From a bacterium (GTDB taxonomy: Bacteria; Patescibacteriota; Microgenomatia; Daviesbacterales; UBA10151), in the NCBI GenBank assembly GCA_021786105.1, contig JAJYNW010000005.1, positions 61,070 through 125,069 on the forward strand: a DNA stretch of 64,000 nucleotides. Reading direction: 5' to 3'. The notes under the pieces are model-generated. The model saw nothing but the letters and a program-made list of their open reading frames with translations. It had not been told where the DNA came from and ran no database searches. This document shows positions 49,156 to 58,465 of this stretch, piece after piece. The translations under genes were made by a program, and so were the position numbers. Each line of letters starts with the position of its first letter. Within the stretch, counting starts at the first letter, position 1.

Positions 49156-49888
49156 AGGTCAATTTATTAACTTTTCTCATCAATATAAGCTCGATCCAGA
49201 GCAAAGTTAGTTCTTTAAACGTAGAGAGTAAACGGCTGGGGTGAAAAAATTGTGAGTGGCCAAACCTTCTTTCGTAGTGATGTACTGAAACCTGACGATA
49301 TTTCGCGCCTGCTTTTTGGGCTTTCTTCACAAGTTCCACGCATATAGATCCACTATTACTTCTTAGGTTAACTTTGCTAAGTAGACTTCTCCTGATTAGT
49401 CTAAAATCGCAATCTACATCATAAGTCGGGAGCCAAAACATCCAGCGGGTAACGAAAGAGTATAAATTCCCAATAAGAATTCTATAAGTCGCGTCTTGCC
49501 GGGCCATTTTAATGCCGTTAACGAAATTTACATCATCGGTCATGAGAGTAAAGAGTATGGGGAGTTCTTTGACATCATACTGACCGTCACCATCAGTATA
49601 AAAAATTAAATCCTTGGTCGCAGTCTTAAAACCTGTTCTCAATGCTCCGCCATATCCTTGATTATGGGTATGAAAAACTGGTTTGAAATGAGGGTATTTC
49701 AGAGCCAACTTTTTTAATATTTCAGGACTGTTGTCTTTCGAACCGTCATCAACAACTATAACTTCAAAGTCATGAGTTAAAAGGCTTGCGGTTTCAATTG
49801 CATTTTCAACTAACTTTCCGATACTCTTTCCATCGTTATAACAAGGGAAGAAGATAGAGAGACTTGGTTTTCTTGTTGGGTTAGCCAT
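49073..49888 (-). CDS. GT2 polyprenol-phosphate sugar synthase (DPM/DPG-synthase-like)
   Basis: SIFFPCYND, VVDDGSKD, NQGYGGALRTGF, YTDGDGQY, DVDCDFRL, R..G.S. Confidence 0.88.
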   Translation of the reverse strand: MANPTRKPSLSIFFPCYNDGKSIGKLVENAIETASLLTHDFEVIVVDDGSKDNSPEILKKLALKYPHFKPVFHTHNQGYGGALRTGFKTATKDLIFYTDGDGQYDVKELPILFTLMTDDVNFVNGIKMARQDATYRILIGNLYSFVTRWMFWLPTYDVDCDFRLIRRSLLSKVNLRSNSGSICVELVKKAQKAGAKYRQVSVHHYERRFGHSQFFHPSRLLSTFKELTLLWIELILMRKVNKLTSTLLRKKQYNGTCRKSPAPKKSLDLRS

Positions 49889-49894
49889 ACCTAA

Positions 49895-50833
49895 TTAAAT
49901 TACTTTTTTAATAAAAGAGGAATAGTCAGATTTCCCTTTAGAGTGAACTAACATTTCTGCAAGAAGTCCAGTGGAAATAAATTGGATTCCGATAACCATC
50001 AGCAATATTCCTAGGAATAACAATGGTTGCCGGTATTGGATGGTTCCTGTTGTTATCCTTAGATAAGAAATATAGAGACCGATTAAGAATCCCAAAAAGA
50101 ATGATATTAAACCAAAAGTTCCGAAGAAATGACCAGGTCTGCGAGTATAACCAGTGAGGAATATAATTGTCAGGAGGTCTAAGATTCCCTTAATTCCTCT
50201 ACTCCAGCCAAATTTAGTTTTACCGTATTTCCGCGCTCGGTGTTCGACTATCACTTCCCCGACTCTAAAATTTTGTTTAGCGGCAATGATAGGAATAAAG
50301 CGATAAAGTTCGCCATAAAGGTTAAGGTTATCGATCAGTTCTCTCCGGTAAGCTTTAAAACCGCAATTGGTGTCATGTATCTTAATTCCTGTAAGCCTGC
50401 GGGTTAGGAAGTTAATAATTCGGGAAGGAATGACTTTCCCGATTGAAGGATCGTGGCGATTCTTTTTCCACCCTGACACCAGATCGTAACCTTCTTCAAT
50501 CATATTAATAAACGAGGGGATTTCCTTAGGGTTGTCTTGGAGGTCAGCGTCTAAAGTGAAGATTATTTTACCTTCAGCATGATCAAAACCGACTTGGAGA
50601 GCAGCAGATTTACCAAAATTTCCTCGGAACCTAATAACTTTTACATTCCTATCATTTTGGTGAATTTTTTCCATAACCTGGAAAGTTTTATCAGTAGATC
50701 CGTCATCAATGAAAATAATTTCGTAGGTTTTCTTAAGTTGTTTGACGACCTCGAGGATTTCGGTATAGAGGATCTCTATGGAATCTTCTTCGTTTTTTGC
50801 TGGTATAATAAAGGACAACTCACAGCTTTTCAT
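49895..50833 (-). CDS. GT2 undecaprenyl-phosphate glycosyltransferase, ArnC/GtrB-like
   Basis: IPAKNEE, IDDGSTD, NFGKSAAL..G, LDADLQDNP, VSGW...R.D, HDTNCGFKAYR, RFIP; two C-terminal TMs. Confidence 0.9.
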   Translation of the reverse strand: MKSCELSFIIPAKNEEDSIEILYTEILEVVKQLKKTYEIIFIDDGSTDKTFQVMEKIHQNDRNVKVIRFRGNFGKSAALQVGFDHAEGKIIFTLDADLQDNPKEIPSFINMIEEGYDLVSGWKKNRHDPSIGKVIPSRIINFLTRRLTGIKIHDTNCGFKAYRRELIDNLNLYGELYRFIPIIAAKQNFRVGEVIVEHRARKYGKTKFGWSRGIKGILDLLTIIFLTGYTRRPGHFFGTFGLISFFLGFLIGLYISYLRITTGTIQYRQPLLFLGILLMVIGIQFISTGLLAEMLVHSKGKSDYSSFIKKVI

Positions 50834-50889
50834 AAGATTGTTTCTTTATGCCTAATATCATATCATTACAGGTGTGTAAAGTACATTAG

Positions 50890-51918
50890 ATGAAAGCGAC
50901 CAAGCCACAAAATCCCAAGATTTCCGTTATCATGCCCACTCTTAATTCACAGAGAACTTTAAGGCTTTGTCTTAGTTCCATTGCTAACCAAAAATATTCA
51001 GGGGAAGTAGAAATTATAGTAGCCGACGGAGGCAGTACCGACGAAACTCTTAAGATTGCTAAGGAATTTCAAGCTAAGATTTATAAAAATATCTTAAAGA
51101 CCGCGGAAGCAGGTAAGGCTGTGGGAGCCAAGTATGCAACTGGCGGAATATTAGCTTTTATTGATTCGGATAATATTTTGCCTGAAGATGATTGGTTTGA
51201 AAAAATGATCCAACCATTTAAAGAAGATAGCAGTATTGTGGCTTCAGAACCGCTTTATTTTACTTATAGAAAAGACGACCATTGGTTAACAAGATATTTT
51301 GCGCTCTTGGGTATGGGTGATCCTTTAAGCCTATTTATTGGGTACTATGATAGGTATAGTTACATTTCAAATAGATGGACAGATTTGGATATAAAGTACA
51401 AGGAGAATAAAGATTACTTAGTACTTTCCTTGGATAAAGTGGACCTAACTATTGGTGCAAACGGTTTTTTAATGAAGAAAGACGAACTTAAGAAATATCC
51501 AATTAAAGATTATTTGTTTGACATAGATGTTTTAAAATTTTTAGCTAAAGAAAAGCCAATAAAAGTAGCAAAGGTAAAGACTGGAGTTGTACATTTATTC
51601 AGTGGAAATATTTCGACATTTATTAGGAAACAAAGGCGGCGCGTTAAGGACTTTTTGTATTTTCAAAGTAATGGCATGAGAGTTCAGAAGATCCAAGATT
51701 CAATCGTCTTTTGGGGTGTTTTAAAATTTGCTTTAGCCAGTGTGACAATTTTTCCATTAATTTTCCAAACCCTAAGCGGATTTTTGAGAAAAAGAGACGT
51801 CGCATTATTTTTTCACCCCTTAGCTTGCTGGTTAACTCTTTGGACGTATGGCACAGAATCCTTAAAATCCTGGATTACTCCCATTGAACAATTAGATAGA
51901 AAGAAATGGAGTCAATGA
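50890..51918 (+). CDS. GT2 glycosyltransferase with C-terminal TM helices
   Basis: SVIMPTLNS, DGGSTDET, AFIDSDN, GANGF. Confidence 0.85.
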   Translation: MKATKPQNPKISVIMPTLNSQRTLRLCLSSIANQKYSGEVEIIVADGGSTDETLKIAKEFQAKIYKNILKTAEAGKAVGAKYATGGILAFIDSDNILPEDDWFEKMIQPFKEDSSIVASEPLYFTYRKDDHWLTRYFALLGMGDPLSLFIGYYDRYSYISNRWTDLDIKYKENKDYLVLSLDKVDLTIGANGFLMKKDELKKYPIKDYLFDIDVLKFLAKEKPIKVAKVKTGVVHLFSGNISTFIRKQRRRVKDFLYFQSNGMRVQKIQDSIVFWGVLKFALASVTIFPLIFQTLSGFLRKRDVALFFHPLACWLTLWTYGTESLKSWITPIEQLDRKKWSQ

Positions 51919-52964
51919 ATTCGAAGTTCCCCCTGGTTTCTGTCATCATTGTTAACTGGAATGGTGGAAAGGTTTTTGATGATTGTCTAAAAACATTATC
52001 CAAAATTGATTATCCTAATTGGGAATTGATTGTGGTGGATAATGCTTCAACTGATAAAAGCGAAGATCTGCCTGCAAAGTATAAGCAGATCAAATCGATA
52101 CAATACATTAAAAATGAAAAGAACTTGGGTTTTGCTCCAGCTAATAATCAAGGATTAAAACTGGCAAAAGGAGAGTTTGTTTTACTTTTAAATAATGACA
52201 CTAAAGTAACTCCTGAATTTCTTTCCGAATTAGTCGGTAGATTAATGCAGGATCCTAAAATTGCAGTGATCCAGCCTAAAATATTTCTTTATGACAACCC
52301 GGGATATTTGGATAACGCTGGGTCATATCTTACGAAGATTGGATTTTTGAAACATTGGGGTTTCATGAAAAAAGATGGACCGGAGTTTAATCAGGAAACA
52401 GAGATTTTCTCAGCAAAAGGTGCTTGTATGCTTATTAGGAAATCAGCAATTTTAAAAGCGGAAGGGTTATTTGATGAGGAATTCTTTTCATATTTTGAAG
52501 AGAGCGATTTTTGTTGGAGGATTTGGTTAAGTGGATATAAAATTATCTACTATCCTCAAGCAGTTATCTATCATAAATTGGGATATACTATCCGTCGATT
52601 AAATGTGGTCAAGCTAAACTACCATTACTATAAGAATAGAATTTGCTCTTTAATTAAGAATCTAGAATTTAGAAACTTATTATTCATCGGAACCGTTCAT
52701 TTATTTATATCATTAGGAATTATTACTGCATTTCTCGTGACATTTAAGTTCCACAATGCTTCTATGGTAGCAAAGGGTATAATTTGGAATTTATTGAATT
52801 TGCCGAAAACTTTACAAAAAAGGAGAGATATTCAAAAGAGGAGAAAGGTATCCGATAAAGAAATTTTTAATCGCCTTGGAAAATCAATTGAGTGGTTTAA
52901 GTACTTGGAAGATTTCCGCCGTGTAAGCAAAGATACGGAAAGAAAAGTGGTCTCCACAGTTTAG
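51915..52964 (+). CDS. GT2 glycosyltransferase, WbbL-like
   Basis: VSVIIVNWN, VDNASTD, NLGFAPANN, LLNND, GLFDEEFFSYFEESD, KNR. Start moved to ATG 51915. Confidence 0.88.
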   Translation: MNSKFPLVSVIIVNWNGGKVFDDCLKTLSKIDYPNWELIVVDNASTDKSEDLPAKYKQIKSIQYIKNEKNLGFAPANNQGLKLAKGEFVLLLNNDTKVTPEFLSELVGRLMQDPKIAVIQPKIFLYDNPGYLDNAGSYLTKIGFLKHWGFMKKDGPEFNQETEIFSAKGACMLIRKSAILKAEGLFDEEFFSYFEESDFCWRIWLSGYKIIYYPQAVIYHKLGYTIRRLNVVKLNYHYYKNRICSLIKNLEFRNLLFIGTVHLFISLGIITAFLVTFKFHNASMVAKGIIWNLLNLPKTLQKRRDIQKRRKVSDKEIFNRLGKSIEWFKYLEDFRRVSKDTERKVVSTV

Positions 52965-52965
52965 A

Positions 52966-55251
52966 ATGAAGAAAATTGCTCACTTAATTTACAGTTGGAT
53001 CCAGGAAAATAAGTTATTGGCTGGGATTTTGGCGATTGCTGCTTTGTTGCGATTTATAGGCGTCTATCCGGGCTATCCTCCAACTCATCCAGATGAAACA
53101 TATATCTATGGACATGCACTGCAAATGATCAAGAACTTAAACATTGATCCTACCAGGTATGACTACCCGGCATTTATTCCCTTAATTCATGCGATGTTGT
53201 ATATGTTAATCTTTAACCCGGTTTTTATAGTCTACAGTTTCATTTTTTCTCCTGATAATCTGCCTGTTTTTAGGAATGTACTCTTTTTTTATCAGCATGT
53301 GCCTCTATATAATCAACAAACTGCTGCTATTTTTTGGGGACGGGCAATTACTGCTGCGTTTAGTTTGGGAACTGTCTATTTAGTTTTTCAAGTTGGTAAA
53401 AAATACTTTAATTACTACACAGGAATTGCGGCAGCGTTGTTAACTGCAGTGAATTTTAGAGAGGTATTAAACAGCCATATTGGCTTACCGGATGTCTATA
53501 ACGCTTTTTTCTTACTCTTGTGTTTCTACTTTTTTAAACAATTATTAGAAAGTCCGAATAAGAAGAATTACTTTTTAAGCGGTATCTCATTGGCATTCTT
53601 TTTCTCTACAAAGTCTCAAGTCTTTCCTATACTAACATTTTTCTTGGTCCATCTAATTGCTGTCTGGCCAAAGAAAATACAAGGGAATCTAAGAGCATTA
53701 ATAAGGGGATTGTTTAAAAAAGATTTTATCATAGCTGCCTTAATTTCCCCAATTTTCTATCTAATAATTAACGTTTACCAATTTATCCATTGGGATAAAT
53801 TTTATGCAAGCAACTATTACACTACATTGCAATATCGTTTTGGAATAAATAACTTGGATTTTTATCCCATTTCCTACATGTATCATATTGGGATTGGAGG
53901 AATAATTCTAATGCTTATTCCAGTTGGTTTAATATTAGGTTTCTGGAGATTTAGATTACAAACAAGCTTGCTTTCATCTGTGCTAATTCCATTTTTAATT
54001 GTTTTTCTTTATTACAGTAATGGAGGCTTTTACATTCGTAATTTTGTAACAGTTATTCCTCTGTTATTAATTTTTGCAAGTGTTGCTATAAGTGAAATCT
54101 TCACTGTTGTAAGCAGGATTCTAATACTTAATTCTAAAGTAACGACATTACTCATAATTGTTGCAGTAATGGTTCTTTCTGCCCAACAAATCAGAGATTC
54201 GTTTATTAATACGCTTAGCTTTACGAGGCCATGGGCAATGACTGAGGCCAGAATGTGGGTTGAGAGAAATGTTCCGAACGGAGAAACAATTGCTGTTAGG
54301 CAATTTGACAAATTTTCAAAAGGTAAAAATTTTAAACGAGTAGCTTTTGGAATGGATAACGTTTTTTCTTTAGCCGAGATGCAGGAAGAGAGGGCCTCTT
54401 ATGGGTACATATCTTTAGATGAGCTCTCAAATAATTTTTACTGGTGGATGAGGACAATGTCAGACGAATCAATAAAATATTGGAATAAGGAAAATGCCGA
54501 CTCAATCTCTCAAAACATGTATCCCGCCGTTGCCTCATCAGAGCTGGCCTCTTGGGCGGTGGCTGCATATATTAAACCATGGCAAGCTCCTGATTCGAGT
54601 TTCTTTATCGTTCGGGTTCCTGATGTATTAAGTTTAGGTAACAAAAAATTAATTGCAGAATTCCCTTTTAATGATTCACGCAGTTTATCTTCCTGGAGTT
54701 TGGTAAATGGTTGGGATAAGGATGTTAAAAATATTAACTGGGATGGTAATTTGGGTTATGACAAGAAAGGATCGTTACGATTAGTAAGATCAGGCGCTTA
54801 TCCTTCGGTAATTCGGGCTGTTTCACCGGCAATTTCGGTAGTGAGTAACGGTAATCAGATAAAGGCTTACGAGGTTGCGGCTTGGATGAAAACAGGAGAT
54901 AGTTTGGCAAAGAAAGTTCGTGATGGATATATAAGGGTTGATTTTTATGAAAATGATCCTGGCAAAATTACACTTACAACCGGAAGTTTGTACACTGCTT
55001 TATCATCCAGAGTTTATGGAACATCAGATTGGGTGGAGAAAAGAGTTACTGTGGTTCCTCCTGTGAATTCTAAATTTATGACTGTGAGCTTAGAAATGCA
55101 GGGCCAGGGGGGGACGGATATATGGGCTGATGATGTAAGTATTTTTGAGTCAGAGAAATTTTTCTCGGATCCTAGGGTTCAGAAACCATACCTAAACTAT
55201 TATAAAATCCCCAAAAACGTTTTATTCCCCGTGAGTCATGGCAATCTTTAG
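52966..55251 (+). CDS. GT-C glycosyltransferase (PMT_2-like) with C-terminal CBM4/9-like galactose-binding-fold domain
   Basis: LLRF...HPDE, YP, GRAITA, SH..LPD, STK, RN..P; C-terminal YEVAAWMKT...GTSDW.....V..P....M...IWADDVSI. Confidence 0.82.
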   Translation: MKKIAHLIYSWIQENKLLAGILAIAALLRFIGVYPGYPPTHPDETYIYGHALQMIKNLNIDPTRYDYPAFIPLIHAMLYMLIFNPVFIVYSFIFSPDNLPVFRNVLFFYQHVPLYNQQTAAIFWGRAITAAFSLGTVYLVFQVGKKYFNYYTGIAAALLTAVNFREVLNSHIGLPDVYNAFFLLLCFYFFKQLLESPNKKNYFLSGISLAFFFSTKSQVFPILTFFLVHLIAVWPKKIQGNLRALIRGLFKKDFIIAALISPIFYLIINVYQFIHWDKFYASNYYTTLQYRFGINNLDFYPISYMYHIGIGGIILMLIPVGLILGFWRFRLQTSLLSSVLIPFLIVFLYYSNGGFYIRNFVTVIPLLLIFASVAISEIFTVVSRILILNSKVTTLLIIVAVMVLSAQQIRDSFINTLSFTRPWAMTEARMWVERNVPNGETIAVRQFDKFSKGKNFKRVAFGMDNVFSLAEMQEERASYGYISLDELSNNFYWWMRTMSDESIKYWNKENADSISQNMYPAVASSELASWAVAAYIKPWQAPDSSFFIVRVPDVLSLGNKKLIAEFPFNDSRSLSSWSLVNGWDKDVKNINWDGNLGYDKKGSLRLVRSGAYPSVIRAVSPAISVVSNGNQIKAYEVAAWMKTGDSLAKKVRDGYIRVDFYENDPGKITLTTGSLYTALSSRVYGTSDWVEKRVTVVPPVNSKFMTVSLEMQGQGGTDIWADDVSIFESEKFFSDPRVQKPYLNYYKIPKNVLFPVSHGNL

Positions 55252-55256
55252 ATTAA

Positions 55257-57290
55257 TCATTTAACAACGGATTGACCCATGTTTACTTCTACCCATCTGA
55301 TAAACGGGAATTGTTTGGAAAAAAGCCAAAACTTTTCGGATTCCAAGATTGCGTCGGGACGTTTTGACTTGCTGGAGGGAACTACTGAAGAATTATAGTG
55401 GATACCGGGTCTATCTGCGGTTCGCGACCAGCCAGCGAATTTTTCGGCAGGCATTTTGTATTTATCGTCCCCATACTCTTCCCAAAGTGTTGGAATCACA
55501 TTTTCAAAATACCAATAAGGTCTCCAAGGCCAGTTAACACTTATAAACTCCGGGTCAACCCCTTTTTCTACCATTTTTTCTCCTAATTGCCAATAAAGAC
55601 CTTCTGACTGGTATCTATTACGAGTACTGGCAATAGAAAAAAGAGTGACAACTAAAATAATTGTCACTGCCCTAAGGGTGCTGATTGGTATATTTCGAAG
55701 GAGATAAGCTATCCAGATGATAAAAATTGGAATAAACTGGATAACATATTCTTCATAATAATAGTTATTAAAGAAGCAAATAATAAGCAGGTCACCGATT
55801 AAAATTAATCCCAAAAATAGTAATGGGTATGAGATTTTTGTAAGAGTCTTGAATTTTTGAGTGATTAGGATATATGTTGAAATAACTAGTGCTGATAAAA
55901 CTACTGAAAAGAAAAACCATCCAGTTCTAACTCCCAATATAATGTATTTTATGGATAAAAGGTCTCCAATCTCCCCGAAGATTCCAGGTGATATTGAAAG
56001 AGAATTTAAAGCTAGTTTTATTCTCCTGCTTGAGAAGATAAATGGAAAATTGGTATTAAGAAAAATCCCAAATAGTAGTAAGCATACTGTAATATAAATT
56101 TTTGTCATTCGTTTATATAACTTGAAAGATGAAGATCTTCTTTTTGTAAAAAGTGACCGTAGAGAATTTTTTGCAGCTATTGCTATCATGAATACCCAAA
56201 CAATCCGGGAAATCCAGACAAGTTTTGGCCACACCGTTCCCCAGTTAGGGGAGACGAATATATCGTATCTTAGGATTAGGGATGTCATATGCGAGGTATA
56301 TGCTTGTCCGGTAACGAAGTCTATTAAATAGGCGACAGACACTACGAAAGTTGTGATGATAATAGGACGTCTATTTTTACTCAAGAATTCAAGTGTACTT
56401 TTGAGCTGAAACTTGTAGATGAGAAAAATGGGGAGTAAAAAGGCGATGGCATTATCAAAGTATGCAAGTAATCTTTTAATTAGGGCCAGTGTGTAATACT
56501 GTTGAGTTGCTCCGATTGCCGTTCTTAAGTTTTGGGGAATGATTTTTGGCAAAAATTGTTCCTGCATGGGTTCTACCATAAAATGTTGTTGAGCATATGT
56601 CAGTCCCACACTACCCAACCAATGGCTATAGATAAAGAAGATGGTTCCCATCGGTAGAATTGAGTAGAAAATATTTCTTAAAAGTATTTTTCTGGTTGCA
56701 ACTGATTGAAATAATAGTGTTGCTACCACTGCCGCAGGAATTATCAGGCCGATTTGTCTTTGTAGGTAAGATAACCCGGCGAATAAACTACCTAAAAGAA
56801 ATGCTAATCTGGAGTTTGTTTGGAATGCCTTAATATAAAAATAGGCAGCAATTAAAAACAACGAAAGATAGAAAACATCGGTCATAAATGAATAGGTAAA
56901 ATCAAAGACCCAGGGGTAGGAAAGTAGAAAAAGAGTGAAAAGCGCTGCTTTGAATTCCCCAAGCCTCAGTCTTTTGAGCGTGAGGAAAAAAGAAAGGAGC
57001 CCGAAATAAAATAAAACGATATTAGAAAGGTGAAGAACCCCAATCGAATAACCGAATACTTTGGCAAACATCCCTCCCCAGGCAATTTGGACAAGCATTG
57101 CTGGTGCAGCCCATTCCGGTGTTCGGAGTATTCCTGTATTTACAAAAGATTTAACAGCTTGAATGTAAGCAAAATCATCCTCAAAGGCGACGTTTCTCAA
57201 AGGTAACATTAGTAAAAAAGTGATTAAGTAGACAGAGGTGATTACCAGTAGACCTTTATGTTGAGAAACAACCCTTTTTATTTTTCCCAT
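55257..57290 (-). CDS. GT-C glycosyltransferase (PMT_2-like)
   Basis: AFEDDFAY, Q..WG, P......SFMTDV, RQIG; multi-TM. Confidence 0.78.
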   Translation of the reverse strand: MGKIKRVVSQHKGLLVITSVYLITFLLMLPLRNVAFEDDFAYIQAVKSFVNTGILRTPEWAAPAMLVQIAWGGMFAKVFGYSIGVLHLSNIVLFYFGLLSFFLTLKRLRLGEFKAALFTLFLLSYPWVFDFTYSFMTDVFYLSLFLIAAYFYIKAFQTNSRLAFLLGSLFAGLSYLQRQIGLIIPAAVVATLLFQSVATRKILLRNIFYSILPMGTIFFIYSHWLGSVGLTYAQQHFMVEPMQEQFLPKIIPQNLRTAIGATQQYYTLALIKRLLAYFDNAIAFLLPIFLIYKFQLKSTLEFLSKNRRPIIITTFVVSVAYLIDFVTGQAYTSHMTSLILRYDIFVSPNWGTVWPKLVWISRIVWVFMIAIAAKNSLRSLFTKRRSSSFKLYKRMTKIYITVCLLLFGIFLNTNFPFIFSSRRIKLALNSLSISPGIFGEIGDLLSIKYIILGVRTGWFFFSVVLSALVISTYILITQKFKTLTKISYPLLFLGLILIGDLLIICFFNNYYYEEYVIQFIPIFIIWIAYLLRNIPISTLRAVTIILVVTLFSIASTRNRYQSEGLYWQLGEKMVEKGVDPEFISVNWPWRPYWYFENVIPTLWEEYGDDKYKMPAEKFAGWSRTADRPGIHYNSSVVPSSKSKRPDAILESEKFWLFSKQFPFIRWVEVNMGQSVVK

Positions 57291-58355
57291 TTAACTAAGA
57301 TAATACTTCTTCCATATTGTACCGTAGTTTGTTTTCATCATCTTCTTAACGTTTTTCATACCCATAAATTGGTACCAGAAGTCATAATAAACTTTTGCTG
57401 CAATTCGCAGAGCAAATAAGAGCGGAGAAGTTTCACCAAAAACTACTTTTTCTACAATAGGATGAATCTTCCTAATTCTCATCTCCATTCCCATCGCAAA
57501 ATTCGATTTTTGCGCTGTAGCGAATTTATAAGAAGGTAAGCGGCTTCCAATAATGTGTGGCTTCATTTTTCCTAAGTTCTGTTTTTCTGCATACTTTATA
57601 TAGTGATAATCACTTGGGTTAAGACCCATCATTTGACAGGCAGCTGTGTCAAGAGCTACGGGATCAGAGGAGGCAAGGATATGTCCTACATGAATTGGTA
57701 TACCGTTTTTGGGTCCTTTTCCCTCCATGGCGAAAAGTGCATCCATCACCATAAAAGTTAGTTTGTTGCTGAGGAACTTATTAATATCGACAATTGCCGG
57801 ATGAAGCACTAAATGGTAGTTATGCCTTAATTCATGAATACAACCCCACTGGTTTTTTAATGCGCCAGTCATTCCGGAATAAGCGTGTGTTTTAGGTACG
57901 GGGATAGTAATTATCGTATCCGCGTTTAGAAGTACCTGGCTTATTTTAATCTTTTTAAGAATATGTGCTTCTTTATATGAAATAGTTTTAAATTTTGTGT
58001 GGCTCAGGTTTATTGTTTTAACAGGATATTTTTCGGTAAGCTTGTTCATGCCCTGAACCCTGAATGATTTGCCAGCATCCATAAAAGAGACTGTGTTCCC
58101 GTCAACGATAGTTATTTTGGCATCTTTAAATTTCTTAGATGAGAGAATAATTTTTATTACGCCTTCAACTACCATTGGTGTAGTGGTGCATGAAGGGTAA
58201 AGTTTGTCCCACATGGCGTTAATTTTCAGGACGATATTTTTACCTTTAACATATTTTTCCCAATGTGCCATCTCCATGGCTTTTTGAACAGCGTCAAAAA
58301 TTTCTTGAGGGTTGGTAGATGTTTTGCTGACTTTTATACAAGAGACAATACTCAT
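57291..58355 (-). CDS. DUF362 domain protein
   Basis: IVLKIN...TTP.VV, IPVPKTH...MTGALKNQWGC, D....MEG.GP..G, DPVALD......MG. Start moved to ATG 58355. Confidence 0.85.
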   Translation of the reverse strand: MSIVSCIKVSKTSTNPQEIFDAVQKAMEMAHWEKYVKGKNIVLKINAMWDKLYPSCTTTPMVVEGVIKIILSSKKFKDAKITIVDGNTVSFMDAGKSFRVQGMNKLTEKYPVKTINLSHTKFKTISYKEAHILKKIKISQVLLNADTIITIPVPKTHAYSGMTGALKNQWGCIHELRHNYHLVLHPAIVDINKFLSNKLTFMVMDALFAMEGKGPKNGIPIHVGHILASSDPVALDTAACQMMGLNPSDYHYIKYAEKQNLGKMKPHIIGSRLPSYKFATAQKSNFAMGMEMRIRKIHPIVEKVVFGETSPLLFALRIAAKVYYDFWYQFMGMKNVKKMMKTNYGTIWKKYYLS

Positions 58356-58465
58356 AAAATTAGACCCTTTTGACCATGATCTTACCATTCTTTTTTAAAT
58401 TTTGTAAATCGACAATTTTAAAGCTCTTGCTTTATTGCTTGTTTTTGTTATATAAGTTTTCCGAT

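Noticed and set aside
141-55113. G7/C7/A8 homopolymers (141-147, 9341-9347, 11051-11057, 11959-11966, 55107-55113) as phase-variation tracts
   Set aside because: They are short, all host genes are in frame, and such runs are expected by chance; only read-level length variation would support it.
58370-58465. Hydrophobic N-terminal extension of the FAD oxidoreductase (and similar extensions at 13527, 16720, 20939, 30359, 32780)
   Set aside because: These are longest-ORF artefacts running through promoter regions or upstream genes; internal ATGs fit domain starts and coupling better.
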